A stretch of 64,000 nucleotides of DNA from Thermoanaerobaculia bacterium (lineage in GTDB: Bacteria > Acidobacteriota > Thermoanaerobaculia > Multivoradales > Multivoraceae): NCBI GenBank assembly GCA_963664405.1, contig OY761158.1:832001-896000 (forward strand). Reading direction: 5' to 3'. The position numbers were made by a program, and so were the translations under genes. A model generated the notes under the pieces. The model worked only from the letters and a program-made list of their open reading frames with translations, searched no databases and was not told the DNA's origin. Shown piece after piece: positions 19,831 to 31,925 of the stretch (positions are counted from its first letter, which is position 1; every line of letters starts with the position of its first letter).

Positions 19831-21756
19831 GTGCCCAAGCAAACAAGTGTGATTCTGAGCGCAGCGCTCTTGCTACTCGTGCCGGTTTCGAATTCGGCCG
19901 CGCAGGACGCCGGCACGCCCGACACGGAGGCGCTGGAAGCGGCGCATTCCAAGCGTCCCTATTCGCCCTACGCGGGCGGAGCGATCCCCAACCAGGTCTA
20001 CTGGGGTGATACCCACCTCCACACCTCCTACTCGATGGACGCGGGGGCCTTCGGGGCCCGAATGGGACCCGAGGACGCCTATCGATTCGCCCGCGGCGAA
20101 GAGGTGGATTCGGCTACAGCAGGTCGGGCCCGACTCGCACGCCCGCTCGACTTTCTCGTCGTCGCCGACCATTCGGACAACATGGGCTGGTTCCCCGATC
20201 TTTTCTCGGGTTCTCCTCGGCTCCTCGCCGATCCCACCGGCCGAGAGTGGTACAACAAAGTGCGAGAAGGAAAAGGCATGGAGGTCGCCCTCGCGGTGAT
20301 CGATTCCTTCTCCCGTGGCGAGTTTCCCGAAGCGATGATGTACTACCCCCACACCAAGCCCTACAAAGAGGCTTGGGGAAGAACCATCGACGCGGCCGAG
20401 AAGTACAACGATCCGGGTCAGTTCACCGCCTTCATCGGCTACGAGTGGACCTCCCAGGTACCACCGGGTCAGAACCTGCATCGGGTCGTCATCTACCGTG
20501 ACAACGGCGACAAGGCGAGCCAGACCGTCCCGGCCACCACCTACCCGCCCTACGGCAGCACCGACCCGGAGTACCTGTGGAAGCTGCTGCAGGAGTATGA
20601 AGACAAGACCGGCGGCGACGTTCTCGCCATCGCCCACAACGGCAACCTCTCGAACGGCCTGATGTTCCCGGTGATCAATCCGGTCGACAACCGGCCCTTG
20701 ACGAAGGAGTACGCCGACACCCGTGCCCGCTGGGAGCCTCTCTACGAGGTCACTCAGATCAAGGGAGACGGCGAGGCCCACCCCTTCCTATCGCCCAACG
20801 ACGAGTTCGCCGACTTCGGTACCTGGGACAAGGGCAATCTCAACCTGAGCGCACTCAAAGAAGACGAGATGCTGCAGCGCGAGTACGCACGCAGCGGTCT
20901 CCAGCTTGGCTTGAGCCTCGAGGAGAAGCTAGGCACCAACCCCTACAAATTCGGAATGATCGGCTCCACCGACAGCCACACCGCGATGGCCACCGCCGAC
21001 GACGACAACTTCTTCGGCAAGCATGCGGGCTCGGAGCCGAGCCCCGATCGCCTGCACCACCCCTTCGCCAAATTCGGTGATCTCGAGATCCTCAACTGGG
21101 AGACCCTCGCCTCGGGATATGCCGCGGTTTGGGCGCCCGAGAACACCCGGAAAGCACTGTTCGACGCGATGGAGCGCAAAGAGACCTATGCCACCACCGG
21201 TCCACGCATGTTGGTGCGTTTCTTCGGCGGCTGGGACTTCACCAGCGCCGACGCCAACACCCGCCAGCCGGCGGTGACCGGTTACAAGAAGGGCGTGACG
21301 ATGGGCGGTGATCTCAGCCAGGCGCCGTCCGACGCTTCACCGTCGTTTCTGGTCGCTGCTCTCAAGGATCCGATCGGCGGAAACCTCGACCGGGTACAGA
21401 TCATCAAGGGTTGGAAAGATGGCGACGATCTGAAAGAGCGGGTCTACGACATCGCGGTCTCCGACGGTCGCACCATCGGCTCGGACGGCCGCTGCAAGAC
21501 TCCTGTCGGCAACACGGTCGACGTCGCCAACGCGACCTGGACCAACACCATCGGTGACAGCGAGTTCGTCGCGGTGTGGAAAGACCCCGACTTCGATGCC
21601 GATCAGCGCGCTTTCTACTACGTCCGCGTACTGGAGATCCCGACACCGCGTTGGACGGCCTACGACGCCAAGTACTACGGTCTCGACGTGCCCGACGAGG
21701 TCCCCATGACCACTCAGGAGCGAGCCTACACCTCACCCATCTGGTACACCCCGTAG
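19831..21756 (+). CDS. DUF3604 domain protein (paralog)
   Basis: Same motif series as the divergent paralog; signal peptide; RBS AAGGAGG. Confidence 0.9.
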   Translation: MPKQTSVILSAALLLLVPVSNSAAQDAGTPDTEALEAAHSKRPYSPYAGGAIPNQVYWGDTHLHTSYSMDAGAFGARMGPEDAYRFARGEEVDSATAGRARLARPLDFLVVADHSDNMGWFPDLFSGSPRLLADPTGREWYNKVREGKGMEVALAVIDSFSRGEFPEAMMYYPHTKPYKEAWGRTIDAAEKYNDPGQFTAFIGYEWTSQVPPGQNLHRVVIYRDNGDKASQTVPATTYPPYGSTDPEYLWKLLQEYEDKTGGDVLAIAHNGNLSNGLMFPVINPVDNRPLTKEYADTRARWEPLYEVTQIKGDGEAHPFLSPNDEFADFGTWDKGNLNLSALKEDEMLQREYARSGLQLGLSLEEKLGTNPYKFGMIGSTDSHTAMATADDDNFFGKHAGSEPSPDRLHHPFAKFGDLEILNWETLASGYAAVWAPENTRKALFDAMERKETYATTGPRMLVRFFGGWDFTSADANTRQPAVTGYKKGVTMGGDLSQAPSDASPSFLVAALKDPIGGNLDRVQIIKGWKDGDDLKERVYDIAVSDGRTIGSDGRCKTPVGNTVDVANATWTNTIGDSEFVAVWKDPDFDADQRAFYYVRVLEIPTPRWTAYDAKYYGLDVPDEVPMTTQERAYTSPIWYTP

Positions 21757-22067
21757 TGGCAGAAGCGGCCTCCGACGGCGCGGAGGCTCTCGAGATCCTA
21801 CGCGCGGGCCAACGTTATTCCGCGATCCTCATGGACTGCCAGATGCCGATCATGGACGGCATCGAGGCCACCCGGGTCATCTGCGAAAGCGGTCTGAGCG
21901 ACGCGCCGATCATCGGCCTGACGGCATACGCCATGCTCGGTGATCGCGAACGATGTCTTGCTGCTGGCATGGTGGACTACACCTCCAAGCCAGTGCAGCT
22001 CGACACTCTGCGTCTGATTCTCGATCGTCATGCACCTCGCCACGGCACTGCCAACGCAGACCGGTAG
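21756..22067 (+). pseudogene. receiver-domain fragment of a hybrid kinase
   Basis: DGAEAL...ILMDCQMPIMDG...IIGLTAYAM...AGMVDYTSKP; lacks the N-terminal acidic motif. Confidence 0.7.
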
Positions 22068-23328
22068 AGTCCTCTCCCTGAACCAAACCGGAACTTATCT
22101 CGGCGCCTTTGCGGCTCTGGCAACGTTGACTGCGTCGTCGGCCATCGCACAGTACGAGGAGAAGCACCTCCCCGAGCTTGATGGCGGTGCGTGTCCGCCA
22201 ACTGCCAGCGTTGTTGAAGCGGACGCAGTGAGACTCTTTTCATACGGTGAGCGAGGTCTTCAATTCGACAGCCCGGGGGGCAATAACTCTCTCTGGTTTG
22301 GCGTGCGTCTACAGACGCGGTTTTCCGACGAAGAAGTAGAACAGGACTTGTTGCCTGGGGAGCCGACGGAAACAACTACTGAGACACACGTAAACCGCGG
22401 TCGCTTCAAATTGGGTGGACACCTGATGTCGCCAAAATTGACGGTCTACTCAGAATATGACTTCCCTTCAGATCGATTAATCGATTTGCGAGTGAGCTAT
22501 CAGTTCAATGAACGGTTCAATGTCAGGGTGGGCCAATGGAAGGCCGAGTTCAATCGAGAACGCGTGGACTCTTCCGGTGCTCAACAGTTCGCTGAGCGAT
22601 CGATAGCGACCCCCTGGTTTACTATCGACAGACAACAAGGGGTGGTGGCATCCGGCCGGTTTGCAAACGGCAGCTCCGTCGACTCCAGTTACTGGTTTGG
22701 CTGGCTTAGCGGTGCAGGGCGCGGAGGTTCAACCTCTGACGCTGAAGGTTTGTGGCTGGGGCGCTATCAGTGGAATTTCACCGGTGAATTGCTCGGATTT
22801 AGTCAAAGCGATATCGGTCGGCGAAAGAAGGGTGCCGGTTCCGTCGCCTTAGGCTTGGTTGACGGAAAAACTCAATACACCAGCTTTTCCAGCGCCGGCG
22901 GCGGTCAGCTCCCAGGATTCTCTGACGGCGATTCCGACAGGTATCGTCTTCGTCAGGTAGTTGTGGAGACCGCCTATCAGCGCAATGGTTTCTCCTGGCA
23001 GCAGGAGTGGCATTGGAAGAGCATTGATGATCGACAAACTGGAAGGGAACGGACGATAACCGGCGGCTACGCACAGGCAGGAGTATTCCTCTCCCGCATC
23101 TGGTCTTCGGCCCCAGAGCCCCTGGAATTTGCGTTGAGGGCCGCCACTGTTGATCCGGATTCAGCGATACAGAGGGACTCCGAGCATGAATACTCGCTCG
23201 TAGGCAACTGGTTTTTCAACGGCCACCGCAACAAGCTCACCGCAGATGTTTCCTATGTTGAAAAGAGGTTTGTTCCAGAGACCAATAGTCGAGTGCGTTA
23301 TCGGCTGCAGTGGGATGTCTCGTTTTGA
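22030..23328 (+). CDS. outer-membrane porin (OprO/OprP-like)
   Basis: RGRFKLGGH, VRVGQWK, NWFFNGHRNKL, C-terminal Phe; start uncertain. Confidence 0.75.
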   Translation: MHLATALPTQTGRVLSLNQTGTYLGAFAALATLTASSAIAQYEEKHLPELDGGACPPTASVVEADAVRLFSYGERGLQFDSPGGNNSLWFGVRLQTRFSDEEVEQDLLPGEPTETTTETHVNRGRFKLGGHLMSPKLTVYSEYDFPSDRLIDLRVSYQFNERFNVRVGQWKAEFNRERVDSSGAQQFAERSIATPWFTIDRQQGVVASGRFANGSSVDSSYWFGWLSGAGRGGSTSDAEGLWLGRYQWNFTGELLGFSQSDIGRRKKGAGSVALGLVDGKTQYTSFSSAGGGQLPGFSDGDSDRYRLRQVVVETAYQRNGFSWQQEWHWKSIDDRQTGRERTITGGYAQAGVFLSRIWSSAPEPLEFALRAATVDPDSAIQRDSEHEYSLVGNWFFNGHRNKLTADVSYVEKRFVPETNSRVRYRLQWDVSF

Positions 23329-23805
23329 TCACCAGCTGACGAGGTACTCGACACCGTACTTCTCACCCAAAGCATTCAAGGCCGCAATCAGCGATTCCCT
23401 GTCCCCTGCCGGCTCATCCATGGCCGCGAGTTGATCGAAGAGTCCCTCGATCCCGGCGGGGGCGAAGAAGAACAGCATTCTCGCCACGTCGTTCGAGTTG
23501 TTGCGAAACCGGTGTTTGGCCCCCTTCGGAATATTCAGGTAAGTCCCGGGACCAGCCTCGATCTCACCCTCGTCTCCGTAGAAGGTGAGAGTGCCCTGGA
23601 GAATGTAGAAGGCCTCCTCCTCTCGGGTCTGGATGTGCGGCGGAGGTCCGCCTCCCGGTGGTACCACCGCTTCAACCAAAAAGTACTGCCCATCCGTATC
23701 TGCACCGGTGGCCAAAAAGCGGTACTCATCACCCGCCCCGAACATCACCCTCACCGGATCGTCCGGCCGCACCACCCTGATCTGGGGTCCGCTTCGCTCT
23801 TCCAT
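23329..23805 (-). CDS. cupin-domain protein
   Basis: PPGGGPPPHIQTREEEAFYILQG...IPKGAKHRFRN. Confidence 0.88.
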   Translation of the reverse strand: MEERSGPQIRVVRPDDPVRVMFGAGDEYRFLATGADTDGQYFLVEAVVPPGGGPPPHIQTREEEAFYILQGTLTFYGDEGEIEAGPGTYLNIPKGAKHRFRNNSNDVARMLFFFAPAGIEGLFDQLAAMDEPAGDRESLIAALNALGEKYGVEYLVSW

Positions 23806-24063
23806 TTATCGAGCTCCTTTCCACGAAAACATCCGGGAGCCCGATGTTAGCCGACGGCCGCGTTGAAGACTCTGCCAGCCCTTCCCTCGCCACCGATGTG
23901 GAAAAGGTCAGCCGTCCATGTGCGCTAACATCTGGCACAGAGAACGCAAGAATCGATCCGCGCGGACGGCTGAGGCCGTACGAGGATCAGCTGAGAGTCC
24001 CCTCGCGGGAGTTTTCCGCTTGTCCGATAGGCCCTCGATGCTGGGCGCCGTGGAGGACAGGAG

Positions 24064-24657
24064 ATGGTGGAGCTCGTCAAAATCTCGAAGGTGAGGCCGA
24101 AGGACCAAGAACGGGTCCTTCTAGCCATGACCATGGCCTTCAGCACCGATCCCTTGATGCGGTGGTTCTACCCGGATCCTCACGACTATCTCGAACACTT
24201 TCCGCACCTCCTCCGTGCACACGGAGGCCGTGCTTTCGAGCACGATTCGGCCTATACGACGGCGGACCTCGAGGGCGGCGCATTCTGGCTGCCACCGGGT
24301 GTGGGCCCGGACGAGGAAGCTCTGGGCGAAATCGTCCAGCGAACGGTCGACGAGGAAAAGCGAGAGGATCTCTTCGGCGTGCTGGAGCAGATGGACGAGT
24401 ACCACCCCCACGACAAGGACACCTGGTACTTGCCGGATATCGGGGTCGACCCTTTTCACCAGCGAAAAGGCATCGGCGCCGCGCTTCTTCAGCATCACCT
24501 GCGTAAGTGCGACGAGGCCGGCATCCAGACTTACCTCGAGTCGTCCAACCCCGCCAACATGTCGCTTTACGAACGCCATGGTTTTCGCCTCCTTGGCCGC
24601 ATCGAAGTCGGCACCGCGCCGCCTGTCCACCCGATGTTGAGGCCCATCGGCGGCTGA
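24064..24657 (+). CDS. GNAT acetyltransferase
   Basis: WYLPDIGVDPFHQRKGIG, YLESSNPANMSLYERHGF. Confidence 0.88.
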   Translation: MVELVKISKVRPKDQERVLLAMTMAFSTDPLMRWFYPDPHDYLEHFPHLLRAHGGRAFEHDSAYTTADLEGGAFWLPPGVGPDEEALGEIVQRTVDEEKREDLFGVLEQMDEYHPHDKDTWYLPDIGVDPFHQRKGIGAALLQHHLRKCDEAGIQTYLESSNPANMSLYERHGFRLLGRIEVGTAPPVHPMLRPIGG

Positions 24658-24721
24658 GCCCAGCCTCCTCCACTTGCTCGGCTGTAGTCCGATCCCACTC
24701 CCCGGTAGAATCGGGGACACA

Positions 24722-25081
24722 TTGACGCCCCAAAGCGAAGACAGCAGCATCGACGACCGTCGCAAAGCGCGTCGAGTACTTTTCGTCCGTTCGGTTCGAC
24801 TGCACTTTGACTCTCACGGGGATGCCATCGAAGCGACAACGGTCGACATCTCCCACGGCGGCATGCTGGTCAAGACCGCGTCCTTCAGGAACCCCGGCAC
24901 CAAGCTCGACTTCACGATCGCCCTCTCTGAGGAGAACGCCTCGATCGAGGGGTCTGCCGAGGTGGTACGCGTTCATGGAGGGGATGAGACCAAGCTCCCT
25001 TCCGGCATGGGAATCCACTTCCTGGAATTACGAGGCGCCAGCGCGAAGCTGCTTCGTAGCGTCGTCGAGGGCGACAGCTGA
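24722..25081 (+). CDS. PilZ-domain protein
   Basis: RRKARR and DISHGG motifs, GMGIHF; start uncertain. Confidence 0.8.
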   Translation: MTPQSEDSSIDDRRKARRVLFVRSVRLHFDSHGDAIEATTVDISHGGMLVKTASFRNPGTKLDFTIALSEENASIEGSAEVVRVHGGDETKLPSGMGIHFLELRGASAKLLRSVVEGDS

Positions 25082-25101
25082 GCTCCCGGAGACGGGGGGC
25101 C

Positions 25102-26580
25102 TCAGGGCGATATCTCCACCGTGCTCGAGAAAGTCTTATCGCTCAGCGGGTCGTGAACTGCGATGACGAGCTCGTGCCTTCCCCGGCGTAAAAGGAGCTC
25201 GGTGCTCCACCAGAAGAGCTCGCCGGCCTCGGCGGCCTCGCCCACGATCTCCACCGTATCGACCGAAGACTGGGGAGGACTGCCCTTCTCATCGATGATC
25301 CTGACCACGACCTCTACTTTCCCGGCAAAGCTATCCTGGAAAGGAACCATGGTGATCTCGTCGAGTGGAAAGCCGACGGAGAGGGGGATCGCGACAACCC
25401 CTTTGTGAGGCTTGCCGGTATCGCCGAAACGCACTTCGAGCGGGCGAGTAGACGGTGGGGTGCCGAAGAGGAGTGAGCTCTCGACCATCATCGTCACTTC
25501 CTCCCGCCGAGAGAGATCGACGAAGCCTGCCCGCTGGCGGACGACTACGCCGGGTCTGAGCACTTCCACCTCGACGGTGTGCCGACTGCCGTCGGCCTTG
25601 CGGTCGAGGGTGAAACCCAGCCAGTAGAACGAGCGGATATCTCCGGCAACGGTCTCGAGAGCGCCGAGTCGCTCCTTGTTGATCAGCGCGCGCCCTCCGG
25701 TCTGATCGGCGACCAGCCGGAGGGAGTCCTCTGTACCCTCTTCGCGCTGCTGAATAGGGCCGCCGCCGAGCACAAATCTCGACTTCGCGGCATCTACGCT
25801 CGTGACCGGTGTGACTCCGGGCACATCGACGGGATAGAGAGTGTAGCCAAGTAGATTCGCGGTATCGATGAGAGGGCCAAGGAGGTTTAGGTGGCCGGGA
25901 ATCCCGTGCGTCCCCGCGGCCCTGAACGTAGCATCGGCGATACCCTTGTAGCTGGCCAAGCTGTGCGCCACCGGAGAAATAGGCCAGCCACCCGCTAGCA
26001 CCAGCATTACTCTTCGCCCAGGAGGAGTGGCGAAGCTGCGTAAAGTAGCGGCGGCGGCGCCAACCGCGCGCCCCACCTGCTCCCCGACCTTCATCGCGTA
26101 GTCACGAGCCACCGGAGTGAGGAGGTCATCGAGGACTGCGCTGTTGTCCCGAAAGTAGGCTCGGTCTTCGTCGAATCTTCGCTGCTCCCCAAGTCTCTTC
26201 AGCCCGTCGGCGGGCCGGCCCTTTGCCTGTCTCAGGGCGACCTCGATGGCGCGGTGCTGATGGGTCCAGGTGCTCAGCACCTCGAGGCGCCTGCCATCGT
26301 AGGCCACCACCGCCATGCGATCTCTCGGTCCAAGGAAGTCCAGCTCCGTTGCGAGCCCGTCGAGAACCTTGTTGCGATCGATCCTCTTGGAAAAGTAGTC
26401 GTCGATAAAGAGCAGGTAGCTCGTGCTCGGACCGCCCTCCTCGAGAGCGGGCGCCGCGCTCGGGGCATCGGAGCCTCCTTCAGGCTCGACCACCTCGCCA
26501 CCGAGGATCTCGCTAAAGTAGTCGATAGGCTGGACTTCGCCGTCAACGAGCAGACGAAAGTCTTCCGGGCCAAGACTGTA
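25102..26580 (-). pseudogene. acidobacterial-type VWA protein, 5'-truncated
   Basis: LGPEDFRLLVDGEVQPIDYF, LFIDDYF, YTLYPVD, TGGRA, YWLGF; in-frame TAG just upstream with no N-terminus or signal peptide. Confidence 0.7.
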
Positions 26581-26593
26581 GGGGGCTCTCGAA

Positions 26594-27537
26594 GTGGAGC
26601 TGCACCTCTCCCACGACGACTACGCCTCGGTCCGATACCCGTTCCGATGGCGTGGGCGACCGCTCTTCGATCTCGACTTCGTGATGCGTCGAGTGGGCGA
26701 CTTTGAAGGGTATGGCGAGGAGACCGCCCATTGCGCCCTCGGGGGTACGGTGCTCGATGGGGAGGGGCAACCGATCCCCGGTGTGCAGATCACCTTCGAA
26801 GAGCCGACCGGATCCGGATCTCGCAGCCTCACGACCAATCGGAAGGGCAAGTGGGAGGCCGTCCTGCTGTCGGCGCCGCTCCTCTACCCCTTTCAATTCT
26901 CGAAGGCCGGCTTCGAGACTCTCGTCCTCGACCTGCAGTTGCGGCGACCCGCCCACCCTCAGCTGATGACCTCCGCCGCCTACGAGATCGTGCTCCCAGC
27001 CGAGGGCACCGGTACTCCGGGCGCTCGAAAGCAAGGCTTCGAAGCCAGCTATCGCCGCGGGGTCGAGGCGTTGGAGCGCGACGACCTGCCGGTTGCCGGC
27101 ACCGAGCTCTTGGCCGCAATCCTGGCACAGCCGGTACCGGGAGCGATGGTGCAATTCTCCGCCACTCGAGTGGAGCCGTACCTACCCTATCTGCGCCTCG
27201 GCACCGTAGACCTCTACCTCGGCCGCTCTACGAGGACGCTCTCCAGGCTTTCGGCAGCGAGGAGCACTACGGTGCCATAACACGCTTCGACAGTGAGCTC
27301 GAGGAGCTGCACACCTTCCGTCGCTTCGCACAGGAGCTGGCCGAGGCGGAGAGGGCGGAACACGAGCAGCGCATCGTCGACCGTAGCCTGGCAGACGCCA
27401 AGACCCTGGAAGAGAAAGGTCGCAGCGAAAAGGCGCTGATCGCGCTAGGGCAGGCACTGGCGGCAAAACCGCACGACCTCCGCCTGAACGAAGCTCGCAG
27501 ACGTCTGGAAGCCCAACTCGCCGAGGGTGCCCGGTAG
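26594..27537 (+). pseudogene. carboxypeptidase-regulatory-like + TPR-like protein, frameshifted near 27227
   Basis: GTVLDGEGQPIPGVQITF...TTNRKGKW; reading continues (YEDALQAF...) in another frame after CGC-TC-TAC. Confidence 0.6.
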
Positions 27538-27584
27538 CACTCACTCGAGACGCGCCTAGACCCTCCCTGCGCTACTGTTGGGCG

Positions 27585-28535
27585 GTGAGCGACAGACCGC
27601 AGGACGCCCCGCCAAGCGAAGGCGCGGTGGCTGCACTCCTGGAGCATCTTCCCGTCGGTTGGAGGGAACGGTTGACCGAGATGGTCGATCTCGACACCGG
27701 GCAGGTCGATTGGCTCGGAGGCGAGTCGGCGCGGGTGGGCGGCAATCTGCTGCTCCTCCTCGACCGGGGGTGGCCCGAGATGGTCGCAGTGGGCGGCCGC
27801 ATGGCCGTCTACGCGGTGACCGGTACGCTGCTGGTCGGAGTGGCAACAGCAGTTTTGGGCTGGGCCCTCTATTTGCTCGTTGCCGGCCGACTACTTAAGA
27901 GAGGCTGGAACACTGGGCGTCTAATTGGCTGCATCGCCGCTACAGCGATCGTCCTCAGCGCTGGTGCCGGGGGTTGCTGGGCGGGTCTGTGGCTCGGCGC
28001 CGGCAGAGCGCTCGAAGAGGCGATCGAGCAGAGGTACGTGGTCGAGAGGATGGCTGCCGCCACCTTTCTGGCCTTCACCCTCGACGAGGGAGAGTACCCG
28101 CAGGGAATCGACACCGACGAGGTCGACGCGCTCCTCGATCGCGCCCAGAGTCGCAGCGCCGAGTCATGGGCTTCTTTTCGGGACCGCGCCGAAGCGGTCG
28201 CGGGCGACGCCGGTTTGGAGCAGCCGGGATGGCTGCCGGCAGATCTGATCGTAGGTGCGGTCCAACGGCTCGGCGGCGGCGGTGAGCCCGACTTGATCGC
28301 CCTCCACGGGGTGCTGTCGACCCCCGAGGTGTCAGACCGTGGAGACGCGTTGCCGCAGACGGCAGGGATCAGGAAGCGTGCGGTAGGGCTATTGCGGGGA
28401 ACTGTCTTCATGCAGGTCGCGACGGGGGTGGGGCTCGGCCTCGTTCTACCGCTCGTCGCCCTCGTGCTCTTCGGCCTGCTCGGTTCCGCCTTTCGTCGAG
28501 GCTCGCGCCCAGCGCATGACACCACGAACCGGTAG
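27585..28535 (+). CDS. hypothetical membrane protein
   Basis: 316-aa ORF with three hydrophobic segments, directly upstream of leuS. Confidence 0.65.
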   Translation: MSDRPQDAPPSEGAVAALLEHLPVGWRERLTEMVDLDTGQVDWLGGESARVGGNLLLLLDRGWPEMVAVGGRMAVYAVTGTLLVGVATAVLGWALYLLVAGRLLKRGWNTGRLIGCIAATAIVLSAGAGGCWAGLWLGAGRALEEAIEQRYVVERMAAATFLAFTLDEGEYPQGIDTDEVDALLDRAQSRSAESWASFRDRAEAVAGDAGLEQPGWLPADLIVGAVQRLGGGGEPDLIALHGVLSTPEVSDRGDALPQTAGIRKRAVGLLRGTVFMQVATGVGLGLVLPLVALVLFGLLGSAFRRGSRPAHDTTNR

Positions 28536-28565
28536 AATCTCCGCTCCTCGGAGAAGGGCGAGATC

Positions 28566-31013
<2,448 letters not shown>

Positions 31014-31021
31014 CTTTCGAT

Positions 31022-31125
31022 ATCTTTCGGAAATGATGAATATCATTTCCGAAAGATCTTTGTTTTCTGCGCCGAGGACGGCGCTCTTAGGCCTTGCTTC
31101 CTATTCGCTCCGGGGAACGGCGCAG
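31022..31125 (+). repeat. single REP-like unit with extended tail after leuS
   Basis: ATCTTTCGGAAATGAT-GAAT-ATCATTTCCGAAAGAT, GCGCCGAGGACGGCGC, TTGCTTCCTATTCGCTC. Confidence 0.82.
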
Positions 31126-31141
31126 CCCGATTCTGCGAGTC

Positions 31142-31624
31142 TTAGGGCCGGCCGGCGCCGAGAACCGAGCCGCTGCGTCTGCGCCATAAGACCCACAGTG
31201 CGCCGAGGGTGCCCAGGCTGAGGACACCGGCGTAGCTCGCGAAGAGATCCGCGAGCGAGAAGTTGCGCCCAGGGATGAGCATCTGGCTCACTTCCTCTAG
31301 CGTTACGAAGACGAGGACCAGGGTGAGTGTGCCGAGGACTCCCAATGGACGACCGAGAACGACGACAGACGAAAGGCCGATCACTACGGCAAGAGAGACA
31401 CTGCCCATGACGACGAAGTGCCCCAGCTTGTCTCCGCCGGGAAGGCTCCACAGAGGCAGGAAGAGATGCGGGTGGGTGCTGGCGACCAGGCTGATCACTC
31501 CAGCGCCGAGGACGGCCAGCCATGCCAACCGCCGCGCCAGCACATCAGACGGTCGTGAAGCGGCCGATGGGTCGGGAGACTGACGAGACACTCCGATGGA
31601 CTCTAGCAGTCCCAGATGCTCCAA
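31142..31624 (-). CDS. VanZ-family membrane protein
   Basis: DKLGHF...EEVSQMLIPGRNFSLADL. Confidence 0.8.
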   Translation of the reverse strand: MEHLGLLESIGVSRQSPDPSAASRPSDVLARRLAWLAVLGAGVISLVASTHPHLFLPLWSLPGGDKLGHFVVMGSVSLAVVIGLSSVVVLGRPLGVLGTLTLVLVFVTLEEVSQMLIPGRNFSLADLFASYAGVLSLGTLGALWVLWRRRSGSVLGAGRP

Positions 31625-31650
31625 TGGGGCGCACGCGCTACAATAGAGCC

Positions 31651-31911
31651 ATGCCTGGCGTAGGAAACACGGTCGGTGGCGGCTTGATCGCCCGCCTGCT
31701 CGGCAGACTGCGCTACCCGCAGCTATTCGCCCTGCTTGCCGGCCTCTTTCTGCTCGACTTTCTCATCCCAGATCCCATCCCCTTTGTCGACGAAGTGGCC
31801 CTGGGTGTGCTCACTTTGATGCTGGCGATGTGGAAAGAGCGGCAGTCGGAGATACCGCTCGTCAAGCCGACCGAGAAGAACGTCACACCGGGGCCGAAGC
31901 GGCAGCGTTGA
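31651..31911 (+). CDS. small membrane protein (DUF6116-like)
   Basis: RLRYPQLF...DFLIPDPIPFVDE. Confidence 0.7.
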   Translation: MPGVGNTVGGGLIARLLGRLRYPQLFALLAGLFLLDFLIPDPIPFVDEVALGVLTLMLAMWKERQSEIPLVKPTEKNVTPGPKRQR

Positions 31912-31925
31912 AGAGAGTGGCGTGT

